A DNA stretch of 64,000 nt from Octopus bimaculoides (Eukaryota), in NCBI RefSeq assembly GCF_001194135.2, contig NC_068986.1, positions 37,147,841-37,211,840 of the forward strand. Direction: 5' to 3'. The translations under genes and the position numbers were made by a program. The notes below the pieces were generated by a model. It worked only from the letters and a program-made list of their open reading frames with translations. It did no database searches and had not been told where the DNA came from. Shown one piece after another: positions 13,407 through 26,690 of the stretch. Positions within the stretch are counted from its first letter, which is position 1; each line of letters starts with the position of its first letter.

Positions 13407-15260
13407 GACGGGCTTCTTTCAGTTTCCGTCTACCAAATCCACTCACAAGGTTTTGGTCGGCACAAGGTTATAGTAGAAGACACTTACCCAAGGTTCCACG
13501 CAGTGGGAATGAACCCAGAACCATGTGGTTGGTAAGAGAGAAAGAGCAAGGGGGGAGAAGTACCAATATAATATGTATTCATCTGACCCATGCTAGCACA
13601 AAAAATAGACATCAAAATGAATGATCAAAGTAAATACATGAACGTTTGTAATACAGAGGTTTGCAATGCCATTATCCCAATACAGGAGATGCAAACATAC
13701 AACAGGAAAAACAACCATTCTGTCATGACATTTTCATTAGACATGCTAATTGGTTTGTCAGAGCTTTATATTGCTAAGTATTGTGTATTATCTACAATAC
13801 AACAGCAGTGACCAGTTTTGATAAATTGCCATCCCTAATCAATTTGCCACTATTTTACTTAACCTTCTTTTAATACTTTAAGCCATTCTGTGGTTCCATT
13901 AGAGTAAAGAGAAAAAAAGAAGGGAGCTAGTAACCATTTAACTTATCACATTTTGTGACAAATCTTTAAATAACACCAAATAGAAAAGCCATCCATCTGC
14001 CATAATGTGCTTTCTACTGTTGAGCAGGAAAACATGATTGCTGAACCTGCTAGAAATAGGAGCCAAAATCTCCCTAAAATGTCACATCTTATCATCTTAA
14101 GAAATGAGAGGACACAGTCAATGTACTGCGAGATAATCCTTAAGAGATGTGCTGATACAGGTTGGAATAGCTTTGATCAATAGGTTTTTAATCAGGGCTG
14201 ATCTGGAGCTAAACATTAACAAAACAACTTCGTCTAGAAGACAGTTTCAAATTTTGGTAGAAGGCCAGTGATTTTGAATGGGGAGGGGGGGGGGTCAGTT
14301 GATTACATTGACCTCATTGTTTAACAGCTAATTATTCTAATGACCCCGACGAAAGGCAAAGATGGCTTGAACAGAATATCAACTCAGATGCAATACCAGG
14401 CACTGGCTCTACTGGCTTTTGATAGTTCTGAGCAGTGCCAAAAAGTTTTATTGCTCTTCTGTAATGGAACTGTAATGACAATGATGTGAACGCGTGAAGA
14501 TGCTTTTTGACCCTTTGTAATTAATATTATTAAACAATAAATATCTGAGCTCTGAGTTCAAATACCTGAGGTGAACTTTGCCACTCAGCTGATGGTTCTT
14601 ATAATAAAGTATTGTTCTAATAATAAAGTACCAAGCAAACACTGGGCTCAATTTATTAATGAACTGAATTTCCCTTCAAAACTTTTTTATCTTTGAACTG
14701 AAGTTATAAATAATTATCAAGAACCAAATGAAAGTGAAAGTAGTATTTTTTTGTGTGTAATTTTAAATGGTTAAAATTACTCTTCCAAATTATAAATTAT
14801 TTCCGTTTCAACACAAGATCACAATCAAGTAAATTCCTTGACAAGTAAGTGCAACTTTGAAATATGATAGTTACTTACTGATTGACCTTTCTGAAAAGAA
14901 AACAAAAAAACAATTAAAACCAAAATATTTGATACTATATTTGAAACTATATTGGCTATTCACTGATTGATCTCTTTTCTATCAATATGAAAAGCAAGAT
15001 CAATGGTTGTACACTGAAACTGAAGGTTATTCAATACTTGCTTCATTGATTACATTTAATATGTATTATTAATTTGCCAATTTTACCCATTATCTTCTAC
15101 TTGCATACTAATCAGCATTATCATCATCACAACCATTATTGACCACATGATTCAATATCATAATTAGGCAGTAATATTATTAATGCTACCACCACTAATA
15201 TTATTATCATTATTGTTCTTATAATCATCATCAATTATTATTATTATTATGTTGTGGTTA

Positions 15261-15449
15261 AAAGCAGCAAGTTAGCAGAATCATTAGCAGCATTTCATCC
15301 ATCTTTACATTCTGAGTTCAAATTCTGCTGAGATCATCTTTGCATTTCATCATTTTGGAGTTGATAAAATAAGTACCAGTGAAACACTGAGGTTGACTAA
15401 CCCTTCCCCAAAAACTTCAGGCCTTGTGCCTTTAGTAGAAAGGATTATT
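15261..15449 (+). mobile_element. SINE family B with internal deletion (apparent template of 17079-17245)
   Basis: gcagcaagttagcagaatcattagca|gcatttcatcc lacks the ~20-nt segment present in 47840-48040; the rest has ttctgagttcaaattc and aataagtaccag. Confidence 0.75.
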
Positions 15450-15491
15450 GTTATTATTATCATTATTATTATCATTATTATTATTATTTGT

Positions 15492-15632
15492 AATTTAACA
15501 TCCGCTTTCCACGCTGGCATGGGTTGGACAGTTTGACTGAGGACTGGCAAGCCAGGAAACTACACCAGGCTCCAAACTGATCTAGCATTGTTTCTACAGC
15601 TGGATGCCCTTCCTAACGCTAACCACTCTGGA
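15492..15632 (-). mobile_element. Family E (RTE-type LINE 3' tail) fragment
   Basis: tttaacatccgctttccacgctggcatgggttggacagtttgactgaggactgg, as in 47369-47690 and 52535-52795. Confidence 0.7.
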
Positions 15633-16405
15633 CTTTTGGAGAAGCTGTTATTACTTCATAGAGAAAGATAAATGCAAGAAATATGGTGGTTATTTCCTTC
15701 TGTAAAAGAATTTTTTGTCAAAAAAATTTAATTTTTTACATTTTTGCCCGATACCCCTCGTCAATTCTGTGCCTTCCCACTCCACAGTAAATTTTTACTA
15801 TTGCACTTGTCACGTGAGATTAATGTAATAGTAAAATAATACCAGTTAATCTGCTGAATAGTAAAAATGCAACGTATCTTCTGATGTAAGTCAGCGAGAG
15901 AAAACACCTCACCTGTCACTTGAAGAGCAGAGGGGGGGTTAGGAATAGATGAGTATTATACCACAGCATTTCATTGCAATGAAAATAGAAAGAAGCCACC
16001 ATATACAAAAATAGAATCTGCCAGATTTAGAATCCAATTGAAAAAAAAAAAAAATGAAAATAAGGGAGTATGTGAGGGGACAGAGAATGAAAGTGAGAAT
16101 AGAAGTAAGGGAGAAAGGTAAGACAATGAAAGAAAGAAAAAGGCATACCAGAAATTTGCAGGCCTAAATATCAATGTAAAGAAACTTAAAACATATGCTG
16201 TGTTTAAACTATAAATATATCTGACTTACCTTAGGGAAGAGAAAGCGGATGTTTGTTTTTTTTAAAGTTTTTTTTAAACATCTCCTACTCCCCTATAGCT
16301 ACTGAGAATGTTTTTCTTGGTTTCTGCTATACGTTACTGCAAACAGCGATATGATGTTATATGTGCGTACATATATGTGTGTGCATGCATGTGTGTGTAC
16401 ATGTG

Positions 16406-16443
<38 letters not shown>

Positions 16444-16582
16444 TGTGTATCTGTGTATATATACATACACACACACACTTGCAGCTGTGTACTTTATGCT
16501 TACATATGTATGTTTGCATGAAATATATATAAAACAAACAAGCTGATCTAGAAGTACAATGTGTGTGAGAGAATTATTTTAT

Positions 16583-16641
<59 letters not shown>

Positions 16642-16907
16642 GCATGCACATACATACAGACATACATACATACAATATATTAAGATTCGGGTGAATCAGG
16701 CACTTAAATGGTAAAGCATTGGGTCGGGTCAAGACTAAAATGTATACACAGCAACTATAGACGAATACAAACGTTGATACAGAAGTACAGGCAGAAAGAT
16801 ATTCAGATTATGTATACAATTAATTGAACCCTACCTAGTATATTACTAGCCCTTGAGCTAATCCAGAAAAGCACACTGTATCAAATATACAGTCCTTAAT
16901 ACATTTT

Positions 16908-17353
16908 GGAACAGGTACTGAGAGCAGTGAATCATAAATAAATAACAAACGGCAGATAGGTATACCTATCCATAGTTTGTTATATATATATAGCTAATAT
17001 ATTATTATTAGCTAATAATATATTATTAGCTAATATATATATTAGCTACATATTAGCTATATATTAGCTAATATATATATTAGCAGCATTTCATCCATCT
17101 TTACATTCTGAGTTCAAATTCTGCTGACGTCATCTTTGCATTTCATCATTTTGGAGTTGATAAAATAAGTACCAGTGAAACACTGAGGTTGACTAACCCT
17201 TCCTCAAAAACTTCAGGCCTTGTGCCTTTAGTAGAAAGGATTATTATTATTATTATTATTATTATTATCGGAACAAGTACTAAGAGCGGTGAATCATAAA
17301 TAAATAACAAATGGCAGATAGGTATACCTATCCATAGTTTGTTATATATATAT
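16908..17353 (+). repeat. 84-bp direct duplication flanking tattagc micro-repeats and a copy of 15283-15449
   Basis: 16908-16991 vs 17270-17353 differ at 4 positions. 17079-17245 vs 15283-15449 differ at 3 of 167 positions. Confidence 0.9.
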
Positions 17354-17899
17354 ATATATGTTCATGTGCATACATGTATATGCATATGCACAAGCATATA
17401 CAATATATATATACATATACACCCACGTTATGTATTACTTAAGACTTCAAGTTTCACCAACTGGTTTACAAATAAGCTGATAGGCAAAATTGGACGTCCT
17501 TATTAACTTGAATTTTAAAATAAACTTGACTCCATTCTCTGTATAGAGTAACCTCTTCAGCAAATGTCTTTCATATATCTGAGATCAATATACTGGATTA
17601 ATATATGATTAAAGTTCCCAGTCAAGTATTGAAGACCAGTTCTTCATTTCTTACCTATCTTTTCCTATCTCTCTTGGAATCAGTTGTGGGCTAGTACAGG
17701 AGTTGTGTCACCCCAGCTTATTCATGTAGTAGCAGCAATAAGGATGAAGTAGTGGTGATGGTGGTGATGTTGGTGACAATGATTGACAATGATGATAATG
17801 ATAATGATGATGCATAGATATATGTGTGTGTACACTACACTCCATACTCCATTTACTAAAATGAAAAATGCATGTTACATCTGCACTTATTAGCATACC

Positions 17900-18290
17900 T
17901 ATACTACGTACCTTTTCTGTATCACTACCTCAAGTCCCCTACTGAAAGTTCTACAACACTTCCAAGATCAAACAAACTCCTATTTATCAAATCTGATCTT
18001 TAGCTTTTATAGTTCCTACCATCTTTTCCATATTGCTTTCATGCTATAACACATTTATATGCTTGTATGGAAACCATCTGCCATATGATTGCATATCTTC
18101 TACGAGTAGATTTAACTCACTGCCTGTTTCTCAAATCAATGACTTTTTGGATCAATCAGTATTGAAAACCTTTTCAAAGTCCAAATCTTAGTAAGTACTA
18201 AAGACTGTTTCTATTATATTATTTCATGTTAACATACTCTGTATCAAAATACCTGAAACTAACCAAACTGGTATTTTGGAAATAGTAACA
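17900..18290 (-). mobile_element. Highly decayed LINE reverse-transcriptase fragment
   Basis: The minus strand gives YQFG* and, after a frameshift, LDFEKVFN, in the order expected for QFGF...DFEKAFD of non-LTR RTs. Many stops. Confidence 0.45.
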
Positions 18291-18299
18291 TGGTAGCAT

Positions 18300-18493
18300 A
18301 AATGTGGTGATGATAATGACGGTGGTAGTTGTTGGTGGGAATGGTGGCAGCAGCAATGCTGATGCTGGAGGTGGTCATAGCAATGGTTGTGTTGGCCACA
18401 ATGGATTGGTGATGATGATGATTGATAATGATGATGATGATGATGATGATGGTAGTAGTGATGAAAGTGGCAATAGTAGTGGTGATGATGGTG

Positions 18494-18529
<36 letters not shown>

Positions 18530-18880
18530 GTGATGATGGTGATGATAGTGATGATGATGGTGATGATGATGATGGTGATGATGATGATTATGATGATGGT
18601 GATGATGATGGTGATGATGATGGTGATGATGATGGTGATGATGATGGTGATGGTAGTAGTGATGAAAGTGGCAATAGTGGTGGTGATGATGGTGAGGATG
18701 ATGATGATAATGGTATTAATGGTAGTGGGTGAAAGTGGTATGGTGGTGGTAGTAGTAATGGTAGTGGTGATGGCAGCAATGATGATGATGGTGGTGGTGA
18801 TGATTGGTGGTGATGACAATGACAATAACAATGGTAGAGATGGCAGCAGTGGTGATGATTTTAAGGATAATGATGATATT
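18300..18880. repeat. (GAT/GGT)n trinucleotide array with internal duplication
   Basis: Long degenerate GAT/GGT run; ggtagtagtgatgaaagtggcaatagt occurs at ~18451 and ~18652. Poly-D, poly-M and poly-I ORFs in the track come from it. Confidence 0.9.
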
Positions 18881-18972
18881 GCTTGTAGGCAGAGGTGGCA
18901 ATGGGAGATATTAGAAATAAATTCTTACTAATTAATTAAATTTAAGTAAATAAAAGTATACTTAAAGTAATA

Positions 18973-19375
18973 GGTGCAGGAGTGGCTGTGTGGTAAGTAG
19001 CTTGTTTACCAACCACATGGTTCTGGGTTCATTCCCACTGCATGACATCTTGGGCAAGTGTCTTCTACTATAGCCTCAGGCTGACCAAAGCCTTGTGAAT
19101 GGATTTAGTAGACGGAAACTGAAAGAAGCCCGTCGTATATATGTATATATATATATATGTATGTGCATGTATATGTTTGTGTGTCTGTGTTTGTCCCCCC
19201 AGCATCGCTTGACAACCGATTCTGGTGTGTTTACGTCCCCTAACTTAGCGGTTCAGCAAAAGAGACCGATAGAATAAGTACTAGGCTTCCAAAGAATAAG
19301 TCCTGGGGTCGATTTGCTCGACTAAAGGCGGTGCTCCAGCATGGCCGCAGTCAAATGACTGAAACAAGTAAAGAG
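18973..19375 (+). mobile_element. SINE family A, full-length well-preserved copy with internal (TA)/(TG) microsatellite
   Basis: Head gcaggagtggctgtgtggtaagtagcttg...ctgggttcattccc (A/B box-like), ttgggcaagtgtcttctactatagcc, microsatellite at ~19136-19185, tail ending gactgaaacaagtaaaagag. Confidence 0.85.
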
Positions 19376-21327
19376 TTTGTTGCGGAAAAAAATATGGAAG
19401 ACCTGAAACACCACCTATTTTTTTTTTGTGAAAGTCGGGGGATTTTCACTGTTGTGTTGAGTTTTGAAACTGTTTGTAGATAGTGTAATGTGGAGAAGAT
19501 TTTATGGTGAAGTTATTTTTTTTGTGATATTGTAGCAATAATGATGTAAGTGATTGTAAGGATATTAAGTAACTTGATGTCTGAATAAGGCATTAAATAA
19601 TTCCAGTGTTAATGGTGCATTTGACAGATTAAGTACAAACACCAGGGCACCAGCCTAAATGTTTTACGATATCTACTTTGGAATGTCATACTTCTGTTTT
19701 CAGATTTCAAAAGACTTAATTCATTTTGTCATCTGTCACTAATATATTGAAGTCCAGTCTGAAAGTTGTCTGGGCAAAACAAACCAGTATTGACTAAATA
19801 ATTAGTTATGCCTTTCAAACCATTAAGAGTTCCACTCCAACCCCCTAATCAAAGTACATTACTGAATATCCACTGTATATTCTTTGCTTCCCATGCATGC
19901 ATTCCTTCCACTGATTAATCTGAAACAATTCAAACTGAACAACAAAAGCTCTAATCTCATCAGGATATTCCAAACATTCAGTCTAACAAACTTTGGCACT
20001 GCTCTTTTTTCTTAAAGTAATAAATAATAATTCAAAAAGATTGCATATCATTAACTGACTGTTGGAATATAATTATGCTTTCATGTTGCATTTTTTTTCT
20101 TTTTTAAACAAAGAACCACTTAAATTGCTATTTAACCTGACAGATGTCTAATATTGTTTCTACAAGCTTCTCAACTTTCCAAAGAGATAAAAGAATTTTT
20201 CAATTTTCCCATCTTAACCTTCTTCCTATCAGCCTTTTGTTGTAGTTTATTTTTTTCAAACCTATACCAATGTGTTCTCTACCCAACTCCATGGCCATTA
20301 TGGTTTTCACAAACTTCAGATTCAGCCCTAATTGTCACATTTCATTCAAATCCATACAAGCATATAACATAATAAACTATGTTATTACAAATAAAGCAAA
20401 ATCTTCATCAACATTGATCTTACAGTAACAGAGAATGCTATCCTTCCTTTCCTCCAAATCTGTTCCAGATATTTACTTGATGGTTATTGTTGGAGAAGCT
20501 GTATAGAAAGCTTTACAATAATGTACTAAAAAAAATGTGTATTTCAAGTTCTTTAGATTTATGTGAGTGCAATCGGAAAAGTATGTTTGTCTGTTGATTA
20601 TATCTGAATTGCAAATGTCACCTGTGTATTATTAAGTCTATGATTCGTCTCATCATTTTCTGCTCTTAGCAGTTGACAGACATAAGTTGCAAGAAATAAT
20701 CTAAGAGGTTTTTGTACGTTGAGAAAAGATGCCATCATTTGGCATCATCTTCATTATGATAGTATCAAGAAGAAAAATGCCATTATTTGAAAATGGCATC
20801 AGTGTTTAGAGATAGGAATGTAGAACTGAAAGAGAGAAAGAGAAGGGTGGGGAGAACAGGGAGGTAGAAGAATCAAAATGGTTGGGAAAATGTTAAATGT
20901 TATTTGGGAGATATGATTATGGATAACATCAGCAAATCTCTTATCTTAATATTTTTATGGATTTTTTTCTTCAAAATTTTCTTTTCTAGCAAAATTTTCT
21001 TTCACTTGCAAAATTCCAAATAATGGTGAAGTTACACAAGCAAGAGGAAATAATAGAATTCAGTAGAAAAGTTTACAGTGATTGCAAGGAATGGAAAATT
21101 TGAATGAAAGAACCAAATTCTTTACCATACCAGCTTTTATATAAACAAATAAAATAATGAAAAACAAGAAGAAAAAATACAAAGAGCATGCTCTATCTAA
21201 ATAATATGCAAAATGTCTGAGGCTGTATTGCAGCAAGTTTTGTAGCGTAAGTGCAAAAAATCTGCAAAACAACAATGGAATCATGAATTTGGTCTACTCC
21301 ATGTGCATGTAATGTTCTTATCTATTC

Positions 21328-21530
21328 TAAGCACAAGGCCCAAAATTTCTGGGGAGGGGGGGCATTCAATTAGATCGACTCCAGTACGCAACTGGTACTT
21401 AATTTATCAACCCTGAAAGGATGAAAGGCAAAGTCGACTTCGGCAGAATTGGAACTCAGAACGTAAATACAGACGAAATACCACTAAGCATTTCGCCCGG
21501 CGTGCTAACATTTCTGGCAGCTCGCAGCCT
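21328..21530 (-). mobile_element. SINE family B, full-length CpG-retaining (young) copy
   Basis: Reverse complement aggctgcgagctgccagaaatgttagcacgccgggcgaaatgcttagtgg...ttctgagttccaattctgccgaagtcgactttgcctttcatcctttcaggg. About 20 related copies in the window, e.g. 33890-34100, 34105-34315, 39065-39210, 39295-39472 (-); 41505-41675, 41765-41972, 47840-48040, 59222-59362, 59436-59640, 62760-62940 (+). Confidence 0.85.
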
Positions 21531-21890
21531 TTTTCACTCGGCATGCTAATGTTTCCATATGCACGTAATGTTGAGTGAGAGATGTTTAGCATAAATGAAT
21601 AGTAAAAATAATCAGATGTTAAAGGCACTGACAGAAATATACAGAAAAGAGAATAATATTGGTTCATGAAGGAGATGCAAAATGAGGTGTCTTATGAATG
21701 CTGGTTGATAAAATGCAATGTGTTAACGGTGGAAGGTAGTAAAAAAAAGTTAGGTTTACAAGGAAATAATTAGGACAAACTTGTAAAGACATGCTGTACT
21801 TGCAGATCTTTCCAATTCATAATATGGGGCGGGGGGAGGGGAATTCAAATTCATAATGACATGAGTAAATCAATGAATCTCTCTCTCTTT

Positions 21891-21932
<42 letters not shown>

Positions 21933-24203
21933 GCGTGTGTGTGTGTGGGGGGTGCTTGCACAAAAGTGGGAGAACTACACATGACTACACTGACTTCAAT
22001 GGGGCTTCAACTTAAAACAGAGTGTGACAAAACTAAATTATTTAAGGCATCTGGTTTCTCTTTGTCTCAGTTATCTCTACTGACCATCCATGCATGTGAG
22101 CTTGACTCCAGCCATAAATCCACCCACCCATACCCTTCTCCATCCAAAAATCTAACTTCAGGCATCTATTGGCCAACTCAACGTCCAACTCCATGCCACC
22201 AATATTTATTAAATTTCTAACAGCATAGTATCCCATATCTAAACCCTATCCTCCTCATATCTAACCCCCACCAATCAGTTCCTATGATCCTGTCAGCTAC
22301 TTATGTGATTCCTCCCTTCACTCAACCTATATTTGACACCCTATTTTACCGTTATTTATCCATCTTTCTTTGTCAACCTTCTCTGCCAGTCTTTGTATTT
22401 CCTCTCTCTCCTCAATTATCCCTTACTAATACTTTCAACTAATCCACATACTCTCTGCCTAGCATACCACTTTGTCAAATCGAGTCCATAAGATATTTAT
22501 TTGTGCATTTCCATCACCACCACTCCTTCCCATACCATGCAAACTAACCATCACAGCCAATGCACATACTCTCATTCATTTCAATACTGCCTCTCCCTTC
22601 CTTCAATCCTTCGTCAACAAATTACCTCGTCCTTCATCATAACAATCATTGTTACACATCTTGCACCCTCTTCCAAATAAAATAATACAAGTAAACACAT
22701 ATAACATTACATCCTTATTGTTGCTGTTTTACTTTTTAACTTTTATTTATTTATTCATTCATTCTTTCCTAATCTATTAGATTTCATTTATTACATAGCA
22801 CAAGGGGCTGCTAACTAAATGAAAGGGCTTTTGTTCTAACCATCCTACCTCAACCAGAATATATCCTGACCAACTTTGCAGAAATTCACTTTTTTCTATT
22901 TGCCTAACCATTTATCCAGACTGGTATTAATTTAATTTAGCAGAGGGCTGTAGTTGGTGTGTGGTCGATGAAGGGGTGAGTGATCCAAGGCATTTTCAGA
23001 CACAGGTCATCAATGAAATTGAATGAGGATGTTGTGATGCTCTCCAGTTTCAAACATCTCTTGTTTTTTAGGGGATTTTTTTAATGTAGTATAACTAGGA
23101 TTACATTATTCAATGAGCCCTTTTTGAAGAACAACAGAGTTTAACTGAAAGGAGATCTGACGGATCTTTACCATTTGGATGCCAAGGTTTCAAAAATTAA
23201 AGTTTATCGAAAATTTTTAAAATTTGGTGCATTAATGTAGTTTTTGAGCTGAACTGCTGGAGTTATTTCACTTTTTCCAGAAATTTTTTTCTAAAAAATT
23301 ATAGAGGTTTAAAGTTTGATCATTTTCACCCAATCAGGAAACAGAATTTAGAAGCTGTCATTTTGTGCACCATTTTGTCAACATCCTGAAAATAGCACGT
23401 GTTGTCAATATTAGTATTCTACACACAGAAAATGAGTAAACAACACATCTTTTGTAGTTTTTAAGCATTCAATTTGCATTTAATGCACAGCACATTGCAA
23501 ATTAAATATTTAAAAAAACAAACCTTTTAGCATTCGATATGCATTTCAGTGGGCAAAATAGTAGAATATAGTGTAAACAAGTGGTTTCAATATATTTGTC
23601 AACACATGCTTTCTCACAGACAAAAGAATTCTCATGTTCGGCTTGTTATTATGGAAACAGACATGAATGTGTGTGGCTTACAATTGGCTAAAATTACCCA
23701 AAATATTCAAACTTTAATAGCTATTAACTCTTTATTTATTGATTTATAACAAAAATGATTTTTCATGGCATTGATTAGTCAATAAAAGTGTATCATAACA
23801 CTGAATATAAAATCAATTCAAACAGAAGTTGAAATTAGCAGCCAAACAGAAAAGATCTGATCTGAGAGTTTCTCTTTGGCTCAGGCAGTAGCAGTCTTTA
23901 TGTTAAGGGTTGATGTGGTAGATCACAACAATGTGTGTGTGTGTGTGTGTGTACTAGTTTGTTTACATCCCTGTAACTTACCAAAAGATAAAGTACCAGA
24001 CTTAAAATTTGTGCTGGAGTCAATTAAAATCAGCTAAACTTATGATCAGTTCAATGGCTAAAGCAAGTACAAGAAAAAATACATATATATACATATATAT
24101 ATATATAAAAATACATATATATACATATATATATATATATATACATAAAAATACATATATATACATACATACATATATATATGTATACATATATATACAT
24201 ATA

Positions 24204-24237
<34 letters not shown>

Positions 24238-24289
24238 CATACAAACACACACACATACACACACTATCTATAGCACAATTTGCACTCAC

Positions 24290-24350
24290 CTGAAGCAGAG
24301 AGATAAAAGAATTTTGCTGATAGGAGGACAACAGAAAAAAATTTAATTAT
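24290..24350 (-). other. Candidate 61-nt exon or recursive splice site of an unidentified minus-strand gene
   Basis: Minus strand: cctctctttttcttctccttacaag|ATAATT...TCTGCTTCAG|gtgagt; the phase-0 frame is open ([20 protein letters not shown]). The exon end is itself a pyrimidine tract + CAG. Confidence 0.3.
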
Positions 24351-26651
24351 CTTGTAAGGAGAAGAAAAAGAGAGGATGAGTGTTAAGCAGGCATGATCTT
24401 TGCAGGCAGAGAAATTATTCCAGTGACACCCCCACTCACCTGTCCACCCAAAGTGTTATAAAAATCAACACCAACATAAATGAGTCCCTTACATATCTAT
24501 GAACACTTCAGTGATATAAGGGGCGGAGAGAGAAAGTTTATATATTTTAGAAGTAGTAATACTAAATTATTGACGATCTCATCATGCAATTAAAACAGTA
24601 TTTTGCACTCAGTTAACTTTAAACTGGTGCGACACCTTGCTGCTATCTACAGCAATAATAACAGTCACCTGTGTTAATTGTTGTTTAACTCCAGGTGAAC
24701 CCTGATTGAGAAGCCCTGATCAAAAGTGTTCCAGCCAGGTCCATCTGTTTTGGGGTTTTTTATTTTTTATTATTATAGGCACAAGTATGGCTTTGTGGTT
24801 AAAAGTTTTATTTTCCAGACATGTTATCTTCAGGTTTTGTCTCACAACATGACATCATGGGCAAGTATCTTGGGAAGTAAATTTGGTAGATAGAAAGAAA
24901 TTGCACTGAAGCCTGTCTTACATGAGTGAATGCGTGATTGTGTGTGTGTGTGTGTGTGCCCACGTATGTGTGCATGTGCACGCAAGTATGCATGCTTGTG
25001 TGTGTGTGTGTGTGTGCATGTTTGTGTGTGTGAGTGTGTTGTAACAGACACTGTTTGACAACTGATGTCCCTTTGTTTACATCCCCAAAACTCAGCAGTT
25101 TGTTGAAAAAACAACAGAATATGTACAAGACTTAAAATAAGTACCGGGGCTGATTTGATTGACCAAACCCTTTATAGTGGTGCCCCAGTATGGATATAGT
25201 TCAATGACTGAAAGAAGTAAATAAATAAAAGATGTATATTATCCAAAGTAACTAATTTGAGTGAGATTAAATTGCTATTTCTAGCAAGTCAGATGATCAC
25301 ATAAAGGCTCTTTTGTTGGCTGACTTCTGTGTTGCATAGGAAACCAAAATGAAAAGTGATGTCTTTCAGAAAGAAAACCAAGATGAGAGTATAGGAAGCT
25401 TTATAAAAGAAAACGTTAAGCAAAGTATAAATGCAGGTATGGCTGAGTTAGAAGCTTGGTTGTCAACTATGTGGTCTTGGGTTCAGTCCAACTGAGTAGC
25501 ACATTGGGCAAGCGTCTTCTACTATAAACCCAAGCTGACCAAAGTTTTTGTGAGTGAATTTCATAGATGAAAACTGAAAGGAACCCGTCGTGTGTGTGTG
25601 TGTGTGTCATATTTGTTTCCCACTACCACTTGACAAATAGTGTTTATTTCTTCATATCTCAATAACTTAGCTGTTCAGCAAAAAAAGCTGACAAAAATAA
25701 ACACCAGACTTGAAAAAAAAATAAGCACTGGAGTCAATTTATTCAACTAAAATTCTTGAAGGTAGTTCCCCCAGCATGGCAGCAGTCGAATGACAGAAAC
25801 AAGTAAACGTAAGTAAACGAAGGCAAAAGAGTTTCAAGTAAGAAATGAAACCAATTCACAGACTTTGTTTTCATGAGAACTTTACAGCCATAACACCACA
25901 GTTTGTGCCGCATATCACTATTCATGTCACACATTAGAGTTCCTGCCACAAACCAAAGTTCCTGCTATGCATTTAACAATGGATGTTATAGGGTTGGCTA
26001 GGTTTTTCCATTTGTATCAGAGTGCAAACTGCTCATTTGTTCAGCTGCCTTATTTCTGGTGTACACATAATGAAAACGGATGACAGTTGATGAAAACTAC
26101 ATCTTGTGTTATACTGTCCTAACACTAAGGTTTTGTCAATGAAATTGGCAAATGGCAGCAGAGAAAGATTAAAGGCTGGCCGACTGGCTGGTTGGCTGGC
26201 AATATGAATGGAAGGGATTCCAGGGTCAGTGAGGTGGCAATAAGAGGAAGAGAAAAAGAAATGAAAATTATGAAACAAATATGTTGGGAGGGAAAGCAAA
26301 GGAGTGAAAGTAGAGAAAGAATAATGAAAGGGAAAACAGGGTGGAGAAAAAAATTACCTAAAGGAAAAAAATGCCAAGGGAAGAATATAATAGAATAATA
26401 GAATTTCCCTGGAAAAAAGAAATGGGTATTGAACCAATACATGAACAGAATGTAAATGGTAAAAATTCAAAATTAAAAATATAGTGTATATACATTGCTG
26501 AATGTGTAAGTATAAAGACACACGCACACACACACACACACACACAAATATTTACATAAACACACACATATATGCATGCACATATATACACACGTATATA
26601 CATATATACACACATGCATCCATTATGTATGCATGTAAATGCATACACGTG

Positions 26652-26690
<39 letters not shown>

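Noticed and set aside
18259-18931. Poly-Asp, poly-Met and poly-Ile ORFs of 142-190 aa
   Set aside because: Translations of a GAT/GGT microsatellite, open in several frames on both strands, with no splice or homology support.
22040-22700. Strand-biased pyrimidine-rich unique-looking block (similar at 44060-44470 and 44740-44890)
   Set aside because: Possibly ancient LINE remnants, but no motif could be read, so they are not called.
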